A stretch of DNA of 64,000 nucleotides from Carcharhinus amblyrhynchos (lineage: Eukaryota): contig OZ336876.1 of the NCBI GenBank assembly GCA_965287045.1, positions 38,502,001-38,566,000 on the forward strand, read 5' to 3'. The position numbers and the translations under genes were made by a program. Numbering within the stretch: the first letter of the stretch is position 1; each line of letters opens with the position of its first letter. Positions 1-12,120 of the stretch are shown here, piece after piece. The notes below the pieces were generated by a model. It had not been told where the DNA came from. It did not search any database and saw nothing but the letters and a program-made list of their open reading frames with translations.

Positions 1-249
1 AATGCAGATTTGTGTTTGATGCCAAGTTCCATAATTATGAAAGCTTTTCAAATCCACAAAAATCATAGTATTAATTTCAATTAACTGTATTTCAAACTGC
101 GTGTGCAACTTCCTTTTCTGAAAGGTAACTATGGCTCAAAATATCAGTTTTACTGATGATTTATTCTTGCATTTTTCTCTCTCCTCTTTTGCAATTGATG
201 ACTCATATTGGAATGCAGTGCCATGGCCTCCAGCAGTGAACTAGACTGT

Positions 250-604
250 TTTGATTCATTCACAGGAAGTGGGCCACATTTATAGTCCATTTCTAATTGC
301 CCTTGAGAAGGTGTTGGTGGCATGCTTGTCCATTTTAGAAGGCTCTTAAGAGTCATGATGGGTCTAGAGTTACATGTAGGCCAGAGTGGATAAGGATGAT
401 CGGGGCAGATGTCTTTGCTAATGGGACATTAGGACATTTTACATTAAACCACTAGTTTTGTTGTCACTATTATTGGTAGTAACGTTTTATTCCAAATGTT
501 ATTTATTTATATTTAAGCTCCCCAGCTTTGGTTGAATTTGAACTTACGTCACCACATTATTAGTCTAAGGCTCTGGATTACTAGTCAAGTAATGTAACAA
601 CTAT
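250..604 (-). mobile_element. Degenerate tRNA-like-headed SINE (same family as 39085-39428)
   Basis: Shares CTAATTGCCCTTGAGAAGG, CATGTAGGCCAGA and CTCTGGATTACTAGT blocks with the copies at 9.1, 39.1 and 50-51 kb. Confidence 0.7.
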
Positions 605-949
605 ATCTGATAATTTAGGTGACTGGAGTTGATTGACCAAAATAAGCAATGAAGATGTAGAGTTTAAATGCTTTCTTCAGTTAGAAGTGATGGTCTAGAA
701 ATCTGATCACATCTGAGAGCAATCATGTGTTGGCCAGACATGCACAATATGTAGCTGTGCATGAGATCCCAGGATGACATGAAATTGGTATTAATTTTTA
801 TTATGATCTATCCATACATCCATGACAATCTCAGGAGAGTAACCTTGAGAGGAGCAATTGTTTTTCTCTCTGAAGATGGCAACATTCCTGTTTTCCTATT
901 ACCCAGTTTGATTTTTGCCTTTATTAGTCCCATACAGCAAGTTGGGCCA

Positions 950-1262
950 GACAGCTGCCTCACAGTGTCAGGTTCAATTCCCGCCTTGAATGGAGTTTAC
1001 ACTTTCTCCCTGTGTCTGCACGTTTTCCTCTGGGTGCTCTGGTTTCCTCCCACTGTTCAAAGATATACAGGTTAGGTGGATTGGCCATGCTGAATTGTCC
1101 TTTAGTGTCCCAAGATATGTAGGTTAGGGGGATTAACCATGCTAAATGTGTGGGGTTATGGGGTGTAGGGCAGAGTAGAGGGCATGGGTAAGATCAGGTG
1201 CAGATTCAGTTCAGACTATGGTCTGAATAGACTCCTTCTGCACTGTATGGATTCTATGATTA
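950..1262 (+). mobile_element. HE1-type V-SINE (CR1-like tail)
   Basis: CTGCCTCACAG...GGTTCAATTCC (B box), core GGTTTCCTCCCAC...GGTTAGGTGGATTGGCCATGCT, tail CTTCTGCACTGTATGGATTCTATGATT. Confidence 0.85.
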
Positions 1263-2366
1263 TATGCTTCAGCAAATGTTGTCATGCTGTAGTCTGCAGC
1301 TTCGCCCTCTAGGCTCAGAGCTGTTCAAAGTCACTTACCATAGACATCAGTAGTGTTCTTATTGGAATCTCAGCAGCTTTCCACCTCTCAGACTGGGGAT
1401 AAAACTTCACAGGAACACTAGGGTAAACAAGCACACAGAACAGGCACTAAAGGCTTGTGATTTAAATTGCCTTCTTTAACTATTGGATTCAGCGGGAACT
1501 GAGTTGTTAACAATTTGTTATTGTTCTCATTTTGACATTGGTGTTTATATTTGCAGCGAAGTGAGCACAAGACCTGAAAAGTTGGCTGGAGGAGGGCAAT
1601 GGGATTGTAGTAGTAAAGTCAGTGGTGAGAAGAGTTTAGGATAGTTGGTTTTTTGGGGATGGGAAGAATAGTACAAGTGGAGCGCTTTTGGGTGAGCTGA
1701 ACTAAGAGCTCTGGGCAGTGAGGATCGGTGGTGATCTATGCTGTTGCTGCTGCTGCTTCTCCACTTCTGCATTTACACCTTCTCCTCATCACCCTACTCT
1801 TGCTTTTTGTCCCTTTTTTCTGCAAGCCTTCCTGCTCAGATGGTAGCAATTATGAGCAGCTATAGTTGGATTTGAATTTCACTATTGCACTATATTCATA
1901 CTATTTATCACACTTTGATCCTGTGCTTACTTATGCTCTTGTATATCTAAATACATTATCAAATGACATTACTAATAGATTGGCTTCAGATGCTGACACA
2001 ATCTATTATTATTTTTAATTCAGCTGTGCCTGAATTTGAATCTCCTGCCATTGACATTAGTCAATTTTAACTCTCACTGCCTGATGAATTCCAAGCAGGG
2101 CAATTGAGCTGGATGGAGAAATTAAAATGGGCTGGGGACCTGCCTCTTCAATTTGACCAGCTGCAATATTTAAATTACAGAGAAAAAGATTGGGCTTCAG
2201 TCACATCATTGGGGTAAAATTTGCCACTTTAACTGGTGACAAAATGGGGAAAGAAGCAATGGCTTTCCCAGCAGGCGAAACCTACAAGGAACAACAGTCA
2301 AAGCTGCCAAAAGCCATTAGCAAGAGAAAATTACAGATTACCTTGTGGGCTGAGAGGAAGAACAGT

Positions 2367-3512
2367 GGGGCTGATTCTCCCATTCTGACCCGCTAATTTT
2401 TTTGGGGGGGTCAGGCCGGGAGGTTTGCACATGCACCAATTTATGGGATTCGCGAGTACGTTCCCGATACATGCCCATCTCCCAGCAATGAAAACCCAGC
2501 ATGATCCAGATCATGCAGGAAACTGGATAAGTTATTTTAATCTATTGTTAGTGTAATTTAAATGTAATTATCGGGCCTGGGACTAAATTCTCCAGGCCCA
2601 GTCTCCCATTCTGCCAGTACAATTTCACTCCAGTAGGGTTTAGAGTAGATCCCCATTAGGAGCAATTGGGGCCCCAGGGCATTAGGTGGCAGGGGTGATG
2701 CCTCCTGGACATGGGTGCGCTGGTGATGCCAGTCTGTACCCGCAGCACTGCCCAAGGGGCAAAGTGCTCATGCCCAGGGACACCTTAGCATTACCAATCA
2801 GGCCTGGGGCAGAGACAAGGGGTGGAGCCTAAAGTTAGGACCAGGTGGTGAGGCATGGGGGGGTGGTGCCAAGGGGCAGGGCAGATGGCAACGGGGCTGA
2901 GAGGACATGGCCTAGGAGGTGGTCAGTGGGGGTGCGGGGGCTCCATATACCTCTCTGCAGACAGGATCGTTTGGGGCTGGATGGAAGCCAGTGATCGACA
3001 TGGGCTGGTGGAGGTTTGCTTCCCATGGAGGGAGGTCTGCCGTGGTGGGGGGAGCAGTGTCTGCCTCCCGGGGAAGGGGTGGTCTGCCTCCCGTGGGGGG
3101 GAATCTGCCAAGGTGGGAGGGAGGATTATCACTGCTGGAGATCAGAGTGCTTGGGGGGGGACAGTGGTGGGATGTTTGTTGGGGCTGGCCCAGGAATGGT
3201 TGTGGGGTTATGATCGGGTTGTGGCGGGGGTTGGAAAGGTAGCAATGCTGGAGTTCCAGGCTGGCCGGCGATTGAGCTAGCCAGCAAAGTGCAATCTGAC
3301 AGCTTGGGGTCACTGTGCATGCACAGAGTTCCAGATCCGTCAGATTCTGGTGTGAATAGGCCTCACCCTGCCCCACAACTTTTATCGGTATTCACAATTG
3401 TGACCTCTATATTGCACAGAGTGTGGGAGATCCTAGTCTGAACTCCCATTGAAGAAACAATCATGATTTCCACAAATTCAGCACTTAGAGCTTTTTTGGG
3501 AGAATTGCCCCC
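2367..3512. mobile_element. Non-autonomous DNA transposon, PIF/Harbinger-like, about 1.15 kb
   Basis: Imperfect TIRs GGGGCTGATTCTCCCA (2367) and TGGGAGAATTGCCCCC (3497-3512), 13/16 match. 3-bp duplication AGT on both sides (2364-2366, 3513-3515). G-rich interior. The right end is homologous to 38530-38880 in the opposite orientation. Confidence 0.7.
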
Positions 3513-5195
3513 AGTATCTGTCTGGGTTGCACAAGGATCTCCTGCCCCATATTTCATCTCCTCCCCGATCAGTATGTCCCTCCAGGAACATTTACCTTGA
3601 GTCTGTGCCTATGGTCCCTAGCAGTGACACTTGATGCCCAATTTCAATAGTTGCGCAGTTTCTTCCCATTGACTTGTCTGCCATTTTTGTCAGGATGTTG
3701 AAAAGTAGTGTATTAATGAGGCTGTGTCATTAAAATTAGCTGAGCCTGACTACTGTCACTCCAGGTTGAGTTCGTTGCTTGCTTTGCCATGTTCCAGCAT
3801 GGGACTTAAAGTTGAGTTGTTAATGCTGGAGGAAAAAATTGCATTCAAACCTGAAATAACAAAGCTATGCCAAAAAAATGGTACATATAGGAACCAATTT
3901 CAAGTGTGCACAAGTGAATGTGTTTTGAGTGAGTTAAAATCTCTCCCACATATTGATCTGGAATTGCAACTACAGTTTGACTGTCTTTTGACACAATAAG
4001 AGTGCCTGAAAAAAAGTAACAAGTAAATAATCTTTACTGTGCAATAAAGATTATTTAGTCAATGCTGTTTTGAGATACTTTCTATATTGTCACGTAGAGG
4101 TTGGAGGAATGTTAAAATACTTTATCTGGTGGTTGGAAGTGCCCTTCATTTGCTCTTGGCAAACAGATAGAGCATCCAGAGATTACCAAATAGATAATGG
4201 CAACATTCCCATGACCTCACAATGAAGTCGTGAGAAAGAACACAGTAAAGTGTGCAGTGTTTACAACAGCAATCTGTGGAAACCTTCAATTCTAAAACAA
4301 GAGAATGTAAAGTATAATCAATAAATAATTCAATAGTGGTTCTTGGAACAACTAAATGTTTGCAAAAGGGGAAACAGCAGTACACCACAAACAACAAAAA
4401 AATGTTTTTATTTAATACAGATTATGTGGGGTGAATGCTGCCCTAAAAATCATTATTATAAACAAATATATATCTATTATATATAATATAAATATATAAT
4501 GTGAAATAGAATCATTTTTTTATGAGCCTCTAGTTGAATGAAAATATATATACAGTATATAAGACTGTAATATGGGTAGTACAAGATATATGATGTCATT
4601 TTTAGCTGTTGGTGACCGGCCAGTGGAGATGATTCCGAAATATTTGCAAAAGATCTGTTTGTGTTCATAACAAAGTCTATGGCCTTTGAATGATGCGAGT
4701 TGGGAAAATAGGAAAAGAGATGCTTTTACCTGTTTCCTGATGGAATGCATGCTGCCATACTAACTCTTGCAGAATGTAAACACTTATTCAATACAAATCT
4801 TACTATACAAAAGTAGATTATCTAAGAAATTGTTCATTCCCTTCGCTGTCATATCTTGTTTCCTATTTTGACCAAAATTGAAACTGATCATAATTGTCGT
4901 GTTAGTTGACCACAAACTATGATTATTTTTGGTCATTTTCTCTGGAAAGGTTAACAAATCTTTCATGCGGCATCATTTAATATATAACTCCTAATTTACC
5001 AGACTTAATTTGCATCAGACTTACAGCACTAGTCATGTTCTAAAAAAGCCCTTGCGTTTATGTGCCATCTTATCGTATTGAAACAACATAAGCTGCTGCT
5101 ATATGCAAAACTTTTCATGTAGAATGCAGCCAATTGTAGTTTTAGAGGAGAATTTGAACATAGCGGCGAACTGGTATATTTTACAACACTATATA

Positions 5196-5319
5196 GGCCA
5201 GGATTTTATGACCTCACTCAAGCAAGGTCGGAAGTTCGCACCCGAGATCAACACACATTTCCGTTGCCCGCTCCTCGCCTGCCTTGATTCCAAGTCGGGT
5301 GAGGTGATAGAACTCCGGC
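5196..5319. mobile_element. Short MITE
   Basis: Imperfect inverted ends GGCCAGGATTTTATGACCTCAC / GTGAGGTGATAGAACTCCGGC. Its reverse complement resembles 61775-61900. Confidence 0.6.
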
Positions 5320-7130
5320 GTATGTCTTCTCTGTTTATCAAATTATTTTATTTTCATTCTGATCAAAGTATTTGACTTTCAATTATTCAGATGTTTTGAT
5401 TTCCAGGGAAAGGATTCTGTCAATACCTGTAGATAACTTAGGTCAACAGTGGTGCAAATTCAGCATTGCTCGGTGCAAATCAACCACAATAAGGTAATAC
5501 CTATTAAGAAATTAAAAATTGATTCTATTTGTCATTAGAGGGAAGGAAGAATAAAAAAGAGATTGAAAACATAGAAAAGTAGAAAATAGATGCAGGAGTA
5601 GGCCATTTGGTTATTTGAGTCTGCATCACCATTCAATATGAAGAAAAGTACCTCACTGGCTCGCAATCCGTTGAAATGCAAAAGAGTTTGGATGCAAGAG
5701 ACGATTTTTTTTTTGGACTCCATGATTTCAATTTAACCCAGGTGAATGAAATAATGCTTTCCTCTCTCTGTTCAATCTGCACCCCATATCTTTCTATACC
5801 TATCAAAACAAGAATTGGGTAATTACTTATGAGTTCTAATAATGATGCAGAATGTGCTAAACAATATAGTATTCATTGGTAAATTTAAAAATTACACATG
5901 TTCCCAGGTTGCATGTCAGCTCACAGTAATTTTGTTTAAAGGTCACAAATAGCATTTTTTCCTGCATATGGTTTTGTCTTTTGTATATCATTAATTGTAT
6001 CTATATTGTGCAATTGTTTTAAAGAATAATGCACATTCGGGGGTTGAATTTTATGATATTGAGCATGTTTCCAGTTGGGGTGGGGGGGGGGCATGTAAAA
6101 TGGGATGGATGCACATCCTAGCACCACTTTACCTCCTACCCTCAAACTTACCTCTGTAATATGGCATAGCTCACCTGCCATGTTAAAATGACTAATTAAA
6201 GGTCAATTAGACTTGTTATCAATTCTATTGAACCTGATAATATGCTGCCTACATCATTGTATTTTTGGCATGAGTAGCAGAGCAGGAGCAGGAAGCCTAA
6301 TTTCTAACGTCAAATGGTTGAAGGACATGAAAAACCTTTGCTGATTACAGGGCATCTCCTCTTGGATTGAACTTCCATTCCTTCCTACTCATTCCATTTC
6401 TTGAATCCAATCTCTACTCCCCACTGTCCCTCTCCCTAACTATTCCAAACTCTTCTTGCACAAGGCCCCACACTTATCTACTCTGGGGATCCGATGCCTT
6501 GGGCTTTTCAGCTGCAGTCTTGGCAGCTGCTACTGACAACCTAGCACTGAAGGGACTCATGGAGCTACCAGCCAATCTTGGAAGCCCCTATCAGCCTTTG
6601 ATAATGAGTCCTGCTGTGCTTCATTGCATGAGGATCCCCAGTGTGGAGTTGGTCAGCTTCACACCAATGTGGATTCTGGTGTGGGGAGGAAAAAGGTGGG
6701 GGGGAGGGGGAGCTGTCCACCCCTTGTATTATTTCTCCAATAACCAATAATGTTGATACAATGAACCAATTGGGATACTCTATACAGTAAATTCTGTCAC
6801 ATACGTCAACAAAGTCTACCTTGTGCCTCTAATGGAAGTGTCAACATAGATAGATTATTTCCTCTGATAGAAAAACTAAACATAGGACACCAGAATCTAT
6901 GATAAGGACCAGATGCAAAAAGGCGAACATTAAAGGAAACTTCTTCACAGAAGAGATATCAGAATGTTGAAACCATTGGTACAATAAATGTGAATGGAAA
7001 ACATTAATATCTCAAAAGTCCCCACAATTGAAGTCTTGGTGCATAGAGAAAGGTTGACTCCAAAACTAACAGGTCAATGTACTGATAAATACACCAGGGG
7101 GACACATAGTAATGAAATGTCCAAGGGCCA

Positions 7131-7454
7131 CGGATGGCACAGTGGCACAATGGTTAGCAATGCTGCCTCACAGTACCAGGGACCTGGGTTCAATTCCAGC
7201 TTCAGGTCACTATCTGCACAGAGTTTGCATGTTCTCTCCTGTCTGCTTGGGTTTTCTCCAGATGCTGCAGTTTCCTCCCACAGTCCAAAAATGTGTGGGT
7301 TAAGTTCATTGGCTATGCTAAATTGACCCTAGTGTCAGGGGGACTAGCAGGATAAATATTTGGGATCATGGGAATAGGGTCTGGGTGAGATTGAGGTTGG
7401 TGCAGACTCGATGGGCTGAATGGCCTCCTTCTGCACTTTGGGAATTCTATTTCT
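7131..7454 (+). mobile_element. HE1-type V-SINE, full length (CR1-like tail)
   Basis: A-box-like TGGCACAATGGTTAGC, B box GGTTCAATTCC, V-SINE core, tail GGGCTGAATGGCCTCCTTCTGCACT. Confidence 0.9.
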
Positions 7455-7774
7455 CCACGCCTCACAGTCTTGTGTTTTCCTCTTCAATTGCTCATACAAG
7501 TCTCCCATTTTCAATTTCAAATTGTCTAATGTCATCATTATTTTTCTCCCCCCTTGATATGCATCCCACTAACCTTCCCTCAATCACCGCCTTCAGCAGG
7601 TTCTCACGTCTTAGATTATGGGCAATCCAACCTTGTTGCCTTTTCAACATGATATCCACTTAATTATTTTTCTTCATCCACCACCCTGAGAACTTCTTCA
7701 TTGCTCTTTTGTTCTCTCAGTTGCTATATCCTTCTCCAGAACCAGGTCTCACAATTTTTTAGCCTCTAGACGTC

Positions 7775-7918
7775 CATAGAGTCTCTACTGTGCAGGAGGA
7801 GGCCCATCAAGTCTGCACCAACTCTCTGAAAGAGCATCTTACCCAGGCCCAACCCTTTGCCCTCTCCCCATAACCCTGCACATTTACCATGGCCAATCAA
7901 CCTAACCTGCTCATCTTT
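7775..7918 (-). mobile_element. HE1-type SINE, 3' half
   Basis: GGCCCATCAAGTCTGCACC...CATGGCCAATCAACCTAACCTG is the reverse complement of the HE1 core and tail. Confidence 0.75.
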
Positions 7919-9139
7919 ATCTGCTTTTCTCAGGAGCCGCATTTCAGCACTGTGTAACAGGATGCTGCAAACTACAGGTAGTGATCTTGTGCAACTGAGG
8001 ACGAGCAAATATTTTGATCTTTGAGTGGAAATTGCCATAAAGGAGAACATTAGGAAGCAGACCATTGTTCACCATGCTTCCCAATGTTTGTTGCAAGTTA
8101 GTGCAAAGCCACAATTCACACACACACAAGATCATTTTCCATAAGTTTATTTGTACACAAGGTCAAAGAAATTGGAAAATCCAATTTGGGCATCTGTTGT
8201 TCAGTTCTTCAATCTATCCTCTATTTGTGAAAAGAGCTGGGGAAATCTGGAATGCAGGATGGGTGAATTTTTCAGAGAAAACTGAATGAGACTGTAATGA
8301 GGAAAAAAAAAGCCCTCCACAGTATCATGAGTGCTATAACAAGTGTCAATGAGAGAAAAAAATAGAAATAAAAATCATCTGGCAATTAATCTGTAACATT
8401 TTCAGAAACTATAAGAAAAATTGCTGTACTAAACCAAAGCAAAGAGCCAAGACTGAGTAGTTCCAGATTGAAGGGTTGATTACAGCAATAGAGAAGACAA
8501 GGTAAGTCAGAAAATAGTTAAGAGCAACACCAAATTTGGGTTTCAAAGGGCTGGAAATTGGAAGGGTTTGAAAATACAAAGTCTTGTTTGGAGTTCTTTA
8601 GATCTGAAGGTCTTGGAAAATTTGATCTAAAGTTGATTTCAGCATTATGCTGGTGCAAGAATACTGACCATAGCAATATCAATAAGCAAGATGATAAATG
8701 TTCCAGCAAAGGAAGAAAGCAAAAGGTGATTTTTCTCACGCCACTCCAGGGTGGAAGAGAGATTTCAATGAAGTCCTTCTACAGAGGAGCAATATTATCA
8801 GACTGGTGTTAGAGTTAAGAATTGATGAGGGAACATTCTGTTTGGCACACAACAGGGAACTATAGAAATGGAAGTGATGTGAAAACTTTGCAAACTGCTT
8901 TGACCTCAAGGGAGCTAAGATCACAGATGGATAAGGAATATGAATTGATGAACAAAAGCAAGAATTGAAAGCTGGATAGCAAGATTTAAATCACAATTTA
9001 AATCACAAAGATATTGGGGGTAAATTTAACCTAGCCAACTTGATTTTACTTTGCATTGACTTTTACTGCAAAATTAATATCGAAGACATATAGAACAGAA
9101 AAATGATCCAATGTAATAATTTACCCTCTTTCTGTGTGT

Positions 9140-9705
9140 TTTTGTTAATTGTTCATGGGATGTGGACATCGCTGGTGCAGCCAGCACTTACTCTCCACCC
9201 TTAATTGCCTTTGAGAAGGTGGTGGTGAACCACCTTCTAGAACTGTTGCAGTCCTTTGGGACACCTGCGATACTGCTTGGGAGGGAGTTCTACCTTACCT
9301 TGGAGACAATGAAGGAACAGTAATATGTTTCCAAATTAGAATGCTTTGTGGCTTGGAGGGGAATTTGTTAGAGGTGGAGTTCCCATGTGAGTGCTCCCCT
9401 TGTCCTTCTTGGTGTTAGAGATCAGAGGGTTAGGAGGTGCTGTTGAAGGAACCTTGTGTAGTTGCTCCAGTGCCTTGGTCAATGCTGGCTGGTTCTTATT
9501 TGATTTTTTTCTGTAGTGTCTTGATAAAACTGAGTGGCATGCTGGAACTTTTCAAGTTGCAGTTAAGTGTCACCCACATTGCTGTGGATCTGTAGTCACA
9601 TGTAGGCCAGACCAGGTGAGGACAGCAGAATTCCTTCCCCGAAGGGCATTAATAAACCAGATGGAATTTTACAGCTTTTTATTCCAAATTTATTCATGAA
9701 TTAAT
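9140..9705 (-). mobile_element. Intermediate-length member of the SINE/LINE family at 39.1 and 50-51 kb
   Basis: CATGGGATGTGG...TAATTGCCTTTGAGAAGGTGGTGGTGA (LINE 3' end) joined to CCACATTGCTGTGGATCTGTAGTCACATGTAGGCCAGACC (5' body). Confidence 0.75.
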
Positions 9706-9799
9706 TTAAGAACATTGAGAAATATGAATGGGTAGGAAGTTGGCTGACTGACAAGAAAAAAGAGCAGCGGTGAACAAATTATCTCCAAATTTGCCTACA

Positions 9800-10448
9800 A
9801 TACAAAGTTGGATGGGAGGGTGAGCTGTGATGAGGATGCAGAGATGCTTCACCTTGATTTGGACAGCCTGAGGGAGTGGAGATATGCATGGTAGATGCAG
9901 TATAGTGTTGATAAATGTGAGGTTATCCACTTTGGTAACAAAAATAGACAGGCAGGTTATTATTTGAATGGGTGTAAATTGAGAAAGGTGGATACTCAGC
10001 GAGACCTTGGTGTCCTCATGCATCAGCTGCTGAAAGTAAGTGTGCAGGAACAACAGGCCATAAAGAATGCAAATAGTATGTTGACCTTCATAGCAAAAGA
10101 GTTTGAGTACAGGAATAGGGCTGTTTTACTGCTATTGTATAGGGCGTTGGTGAGACCACACATGGAGTACTGTGTGCAGTCTTGGTGTCCTTATCTGAGA
10201 AAGGATATTTTTGCTATAGCAAGAATACCAGGCTAATTCCAGAGATGGCAGGCTTGTCATATGAGGAGAGACAAAGTCGGTTAGGCTTATATTCATTGAA
10301 GTTTAGAAGCACGAGAGAAATTAGATATAGCTCTTGGGGCTAAAAGGATCAAGGGATGTTGAATTTGATGATCAGCCATGATCATAATGAATGGTGGAGC
10401 AGGTTTGAAGGGCTGACTGGCCTACTCCTACTTCTATTTTCTATGTAT
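9800..10448 (+). mobile_element. CR1/HER1-like LINE 3' fragment (RT C-terminus, decayed)
   Basis: ORF 9895-10236 reads KCEVIHFG...RDLGV...LYRALVRPHMEYCVQSW.PYLRKDI. CR1 3' tail GGGCTGACTGGCCTACTCCT...TTCTATGT. Confidence 0.92.
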
Positions 10449-10552
10449 GAATGGACTGGAGGTGAGGTTCCCAGGCATGAGGACTACTGCTTGCCTTGAT
10501 CTATATTAGTAACCTATCCTGGGTGTCCAGGGCACAATTTCCAACATTTATT

Positions 10553-10862
10553 GAATCATAGAATCCCTTCAGTGCAGAAGGAGGACATTTGGCATATTGT
10601 GTCTACACTTACTCTTGGACAGAGCATTTTACCTGGGTCCTATCCCTGTAATCCCATGTATTTACCCTACTAATCCCTCTAACCCATACATCCTGGGATG
10701 CTAAGAGGCAATTTAGCTTGGCCAATCCACCTAACCTGCACACTTTGGTCTGTGGGAGGAAACCCACACAGAGAACATGCAAAACTCCACAGTCACCCAA
10801 GGCTGGAGTTGAACCTGGGTCCCTGGTGCTGTGAGGCAACAATGCTAACGACTGTACCACTG
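10553..10862 (-). mobile_element. HE1-type V-SINE
   Basis: ATAGAATCCC...GCAGAAGGAGG tail through CTGTGAGGCAACAATGCTAAC head, in reverse. Confidence 0.88.
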
Positions 10863-11130
10863 AGTGACACAAAACTTGGAAGGATTGTAAACTGTGAGAT
10901 GTCAGCAGGACATAAGACAGGCTGGTGGAATTTTACAAGAAGTGGAACCTTCTAGCAGAATATGTTGTACTCTGACTAGATACACCATTGGTGTTAAAAT
11001 GAAGAGCGGGGAGTGTAATTCAGACCTGGCAAACCCTCCAAGTTAAAGTGAATTAAAATTGAAGATGAGGCATCCAGTGCACAGCAACTGGAGGAAGCCA
11101 GACAACCATTAGCAGGGGGGAGACCATGGC

Positions 11131-11200
11131 ACAAAAACATAAAAAGTCTCAGCAGGGCTGGAGAGAGAATAGAACCAACATTTCGAGCGCCTTCATCAGA
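11131..11200 (-). mobile_element. Penelope-like terminal-repeat fragment with hammerhead-like core
   Basis: Minus strand reads TCTGATGAAGGCGCTCGAAATGTTGG, i.e. CTGATGA...GAAA. The flank resembles the fragments at 27.8 and 34.0 kb. Confidence 0.55.
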
Positions 11201-11879
11201 GGCCATAGTAACTCTCATTTCTTTCTTGAGAATACACAATATGTGAAATAACTCTTATGAACATTTATGCCAGAAAACCTGGGAAGCTTAACGTTAAGTA
11301 TTACATCTCTGATGGTTGCAAACTTAAGATGCAAACATTATCTTTAATAATCTGTGCCTGGGGTGTGGGGGGGTAAGAGATTTATTACATGCACCTGTAA
11401 CTCCTAAATATACCAGGAATTATGCTACATCTGTATGACTTTGGGAGGGAGGGAGAGAGAGAGAGCAGAAAGAATGCAGTTGCCTGTGGCTCTCTTCCTG
11501 CTGCCTACATTCCTGAGTGTGTTGCGCAAGGCTGTCCTCAGCATTCACCTCCTCTATGAATAACTATGAATAAAGAGACGCAGCTGCTCAGGATCAGGTT
11601 GCCGAGCCGGCTCACCCAGTCCCACTCCTTCCGCCGCTTCATTGAATACCAAAGTAGCAAGAAAATAGAGCGCGTGCGGGGGTTGGGGGGGCTTGCATCA
11701 ATCATTATCCTTGCAAGAAAATAAAATCCAAGAGTATCGGGAAAGGGTGGGAGGAATTTATTTTTTTTCAGCATGACTCTGAAGGGAAGGGGGAATCTTA
11801 TGGTAACTGGGTGCAACTGAATGCACTCCAATACTCAGGAGAGGGCTACACACAGAAGGTGCGGAGGGATATCACCTAC

Positions 11880-12120
11880 TTAACCCAGTGAGCGGGCGAG
11901 CGCAGCCTAATTTGATGGGCGGCGGTGACGCACACGCCTGATTGACGGCGGCTTCGTCCAATGGACGACGGCCACACGGCTGATTGGCGGCCACACTGCC
12001 CAATGGGCGGCGGATCCCAGGGCGATTGACGGTCACGCCGCCCAATGGGTGGTGGCCGCCCCCCTCCGGTGATTGACAGGCTGCTGGCGCCGAGGGGGCG
12101 GGCCATTGACTTATCAGGTT
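11880..12120 (+). promoter_or_regulatory. CpG-rich TRIB2 proximal promoter with repeated TGATTG(A/G)C(G/A)G and CCAAT boxes
   Basis: Sharp CpG/GC enrichment against the AT-rich background. TGATTGACGG at 11939, TGATTGGCGG at 11981, CGATTGACGG at 12023, TGATTGACAG at 12070. CCAAT at 11958, 12000 and 12042. GC box GGGGGCGGG near 12094. Confidence 0.8.

Noticed and set aside
2835-3376. Cluster of overlapping 60-154 aa ORFs on both strands
   Set aside because: Low-complexity Gly/Pro-rich translations caused by the G-skewed interior of a non-autonomous transposon; no domain similarity.
7131-7200. tRNA-like A/B boxes here and in other SINE heads
   Set aside because: These are SINE promoters that run into a V-SINE core and tail; no complete cloverleaf, so they are not called as tRNA genes.
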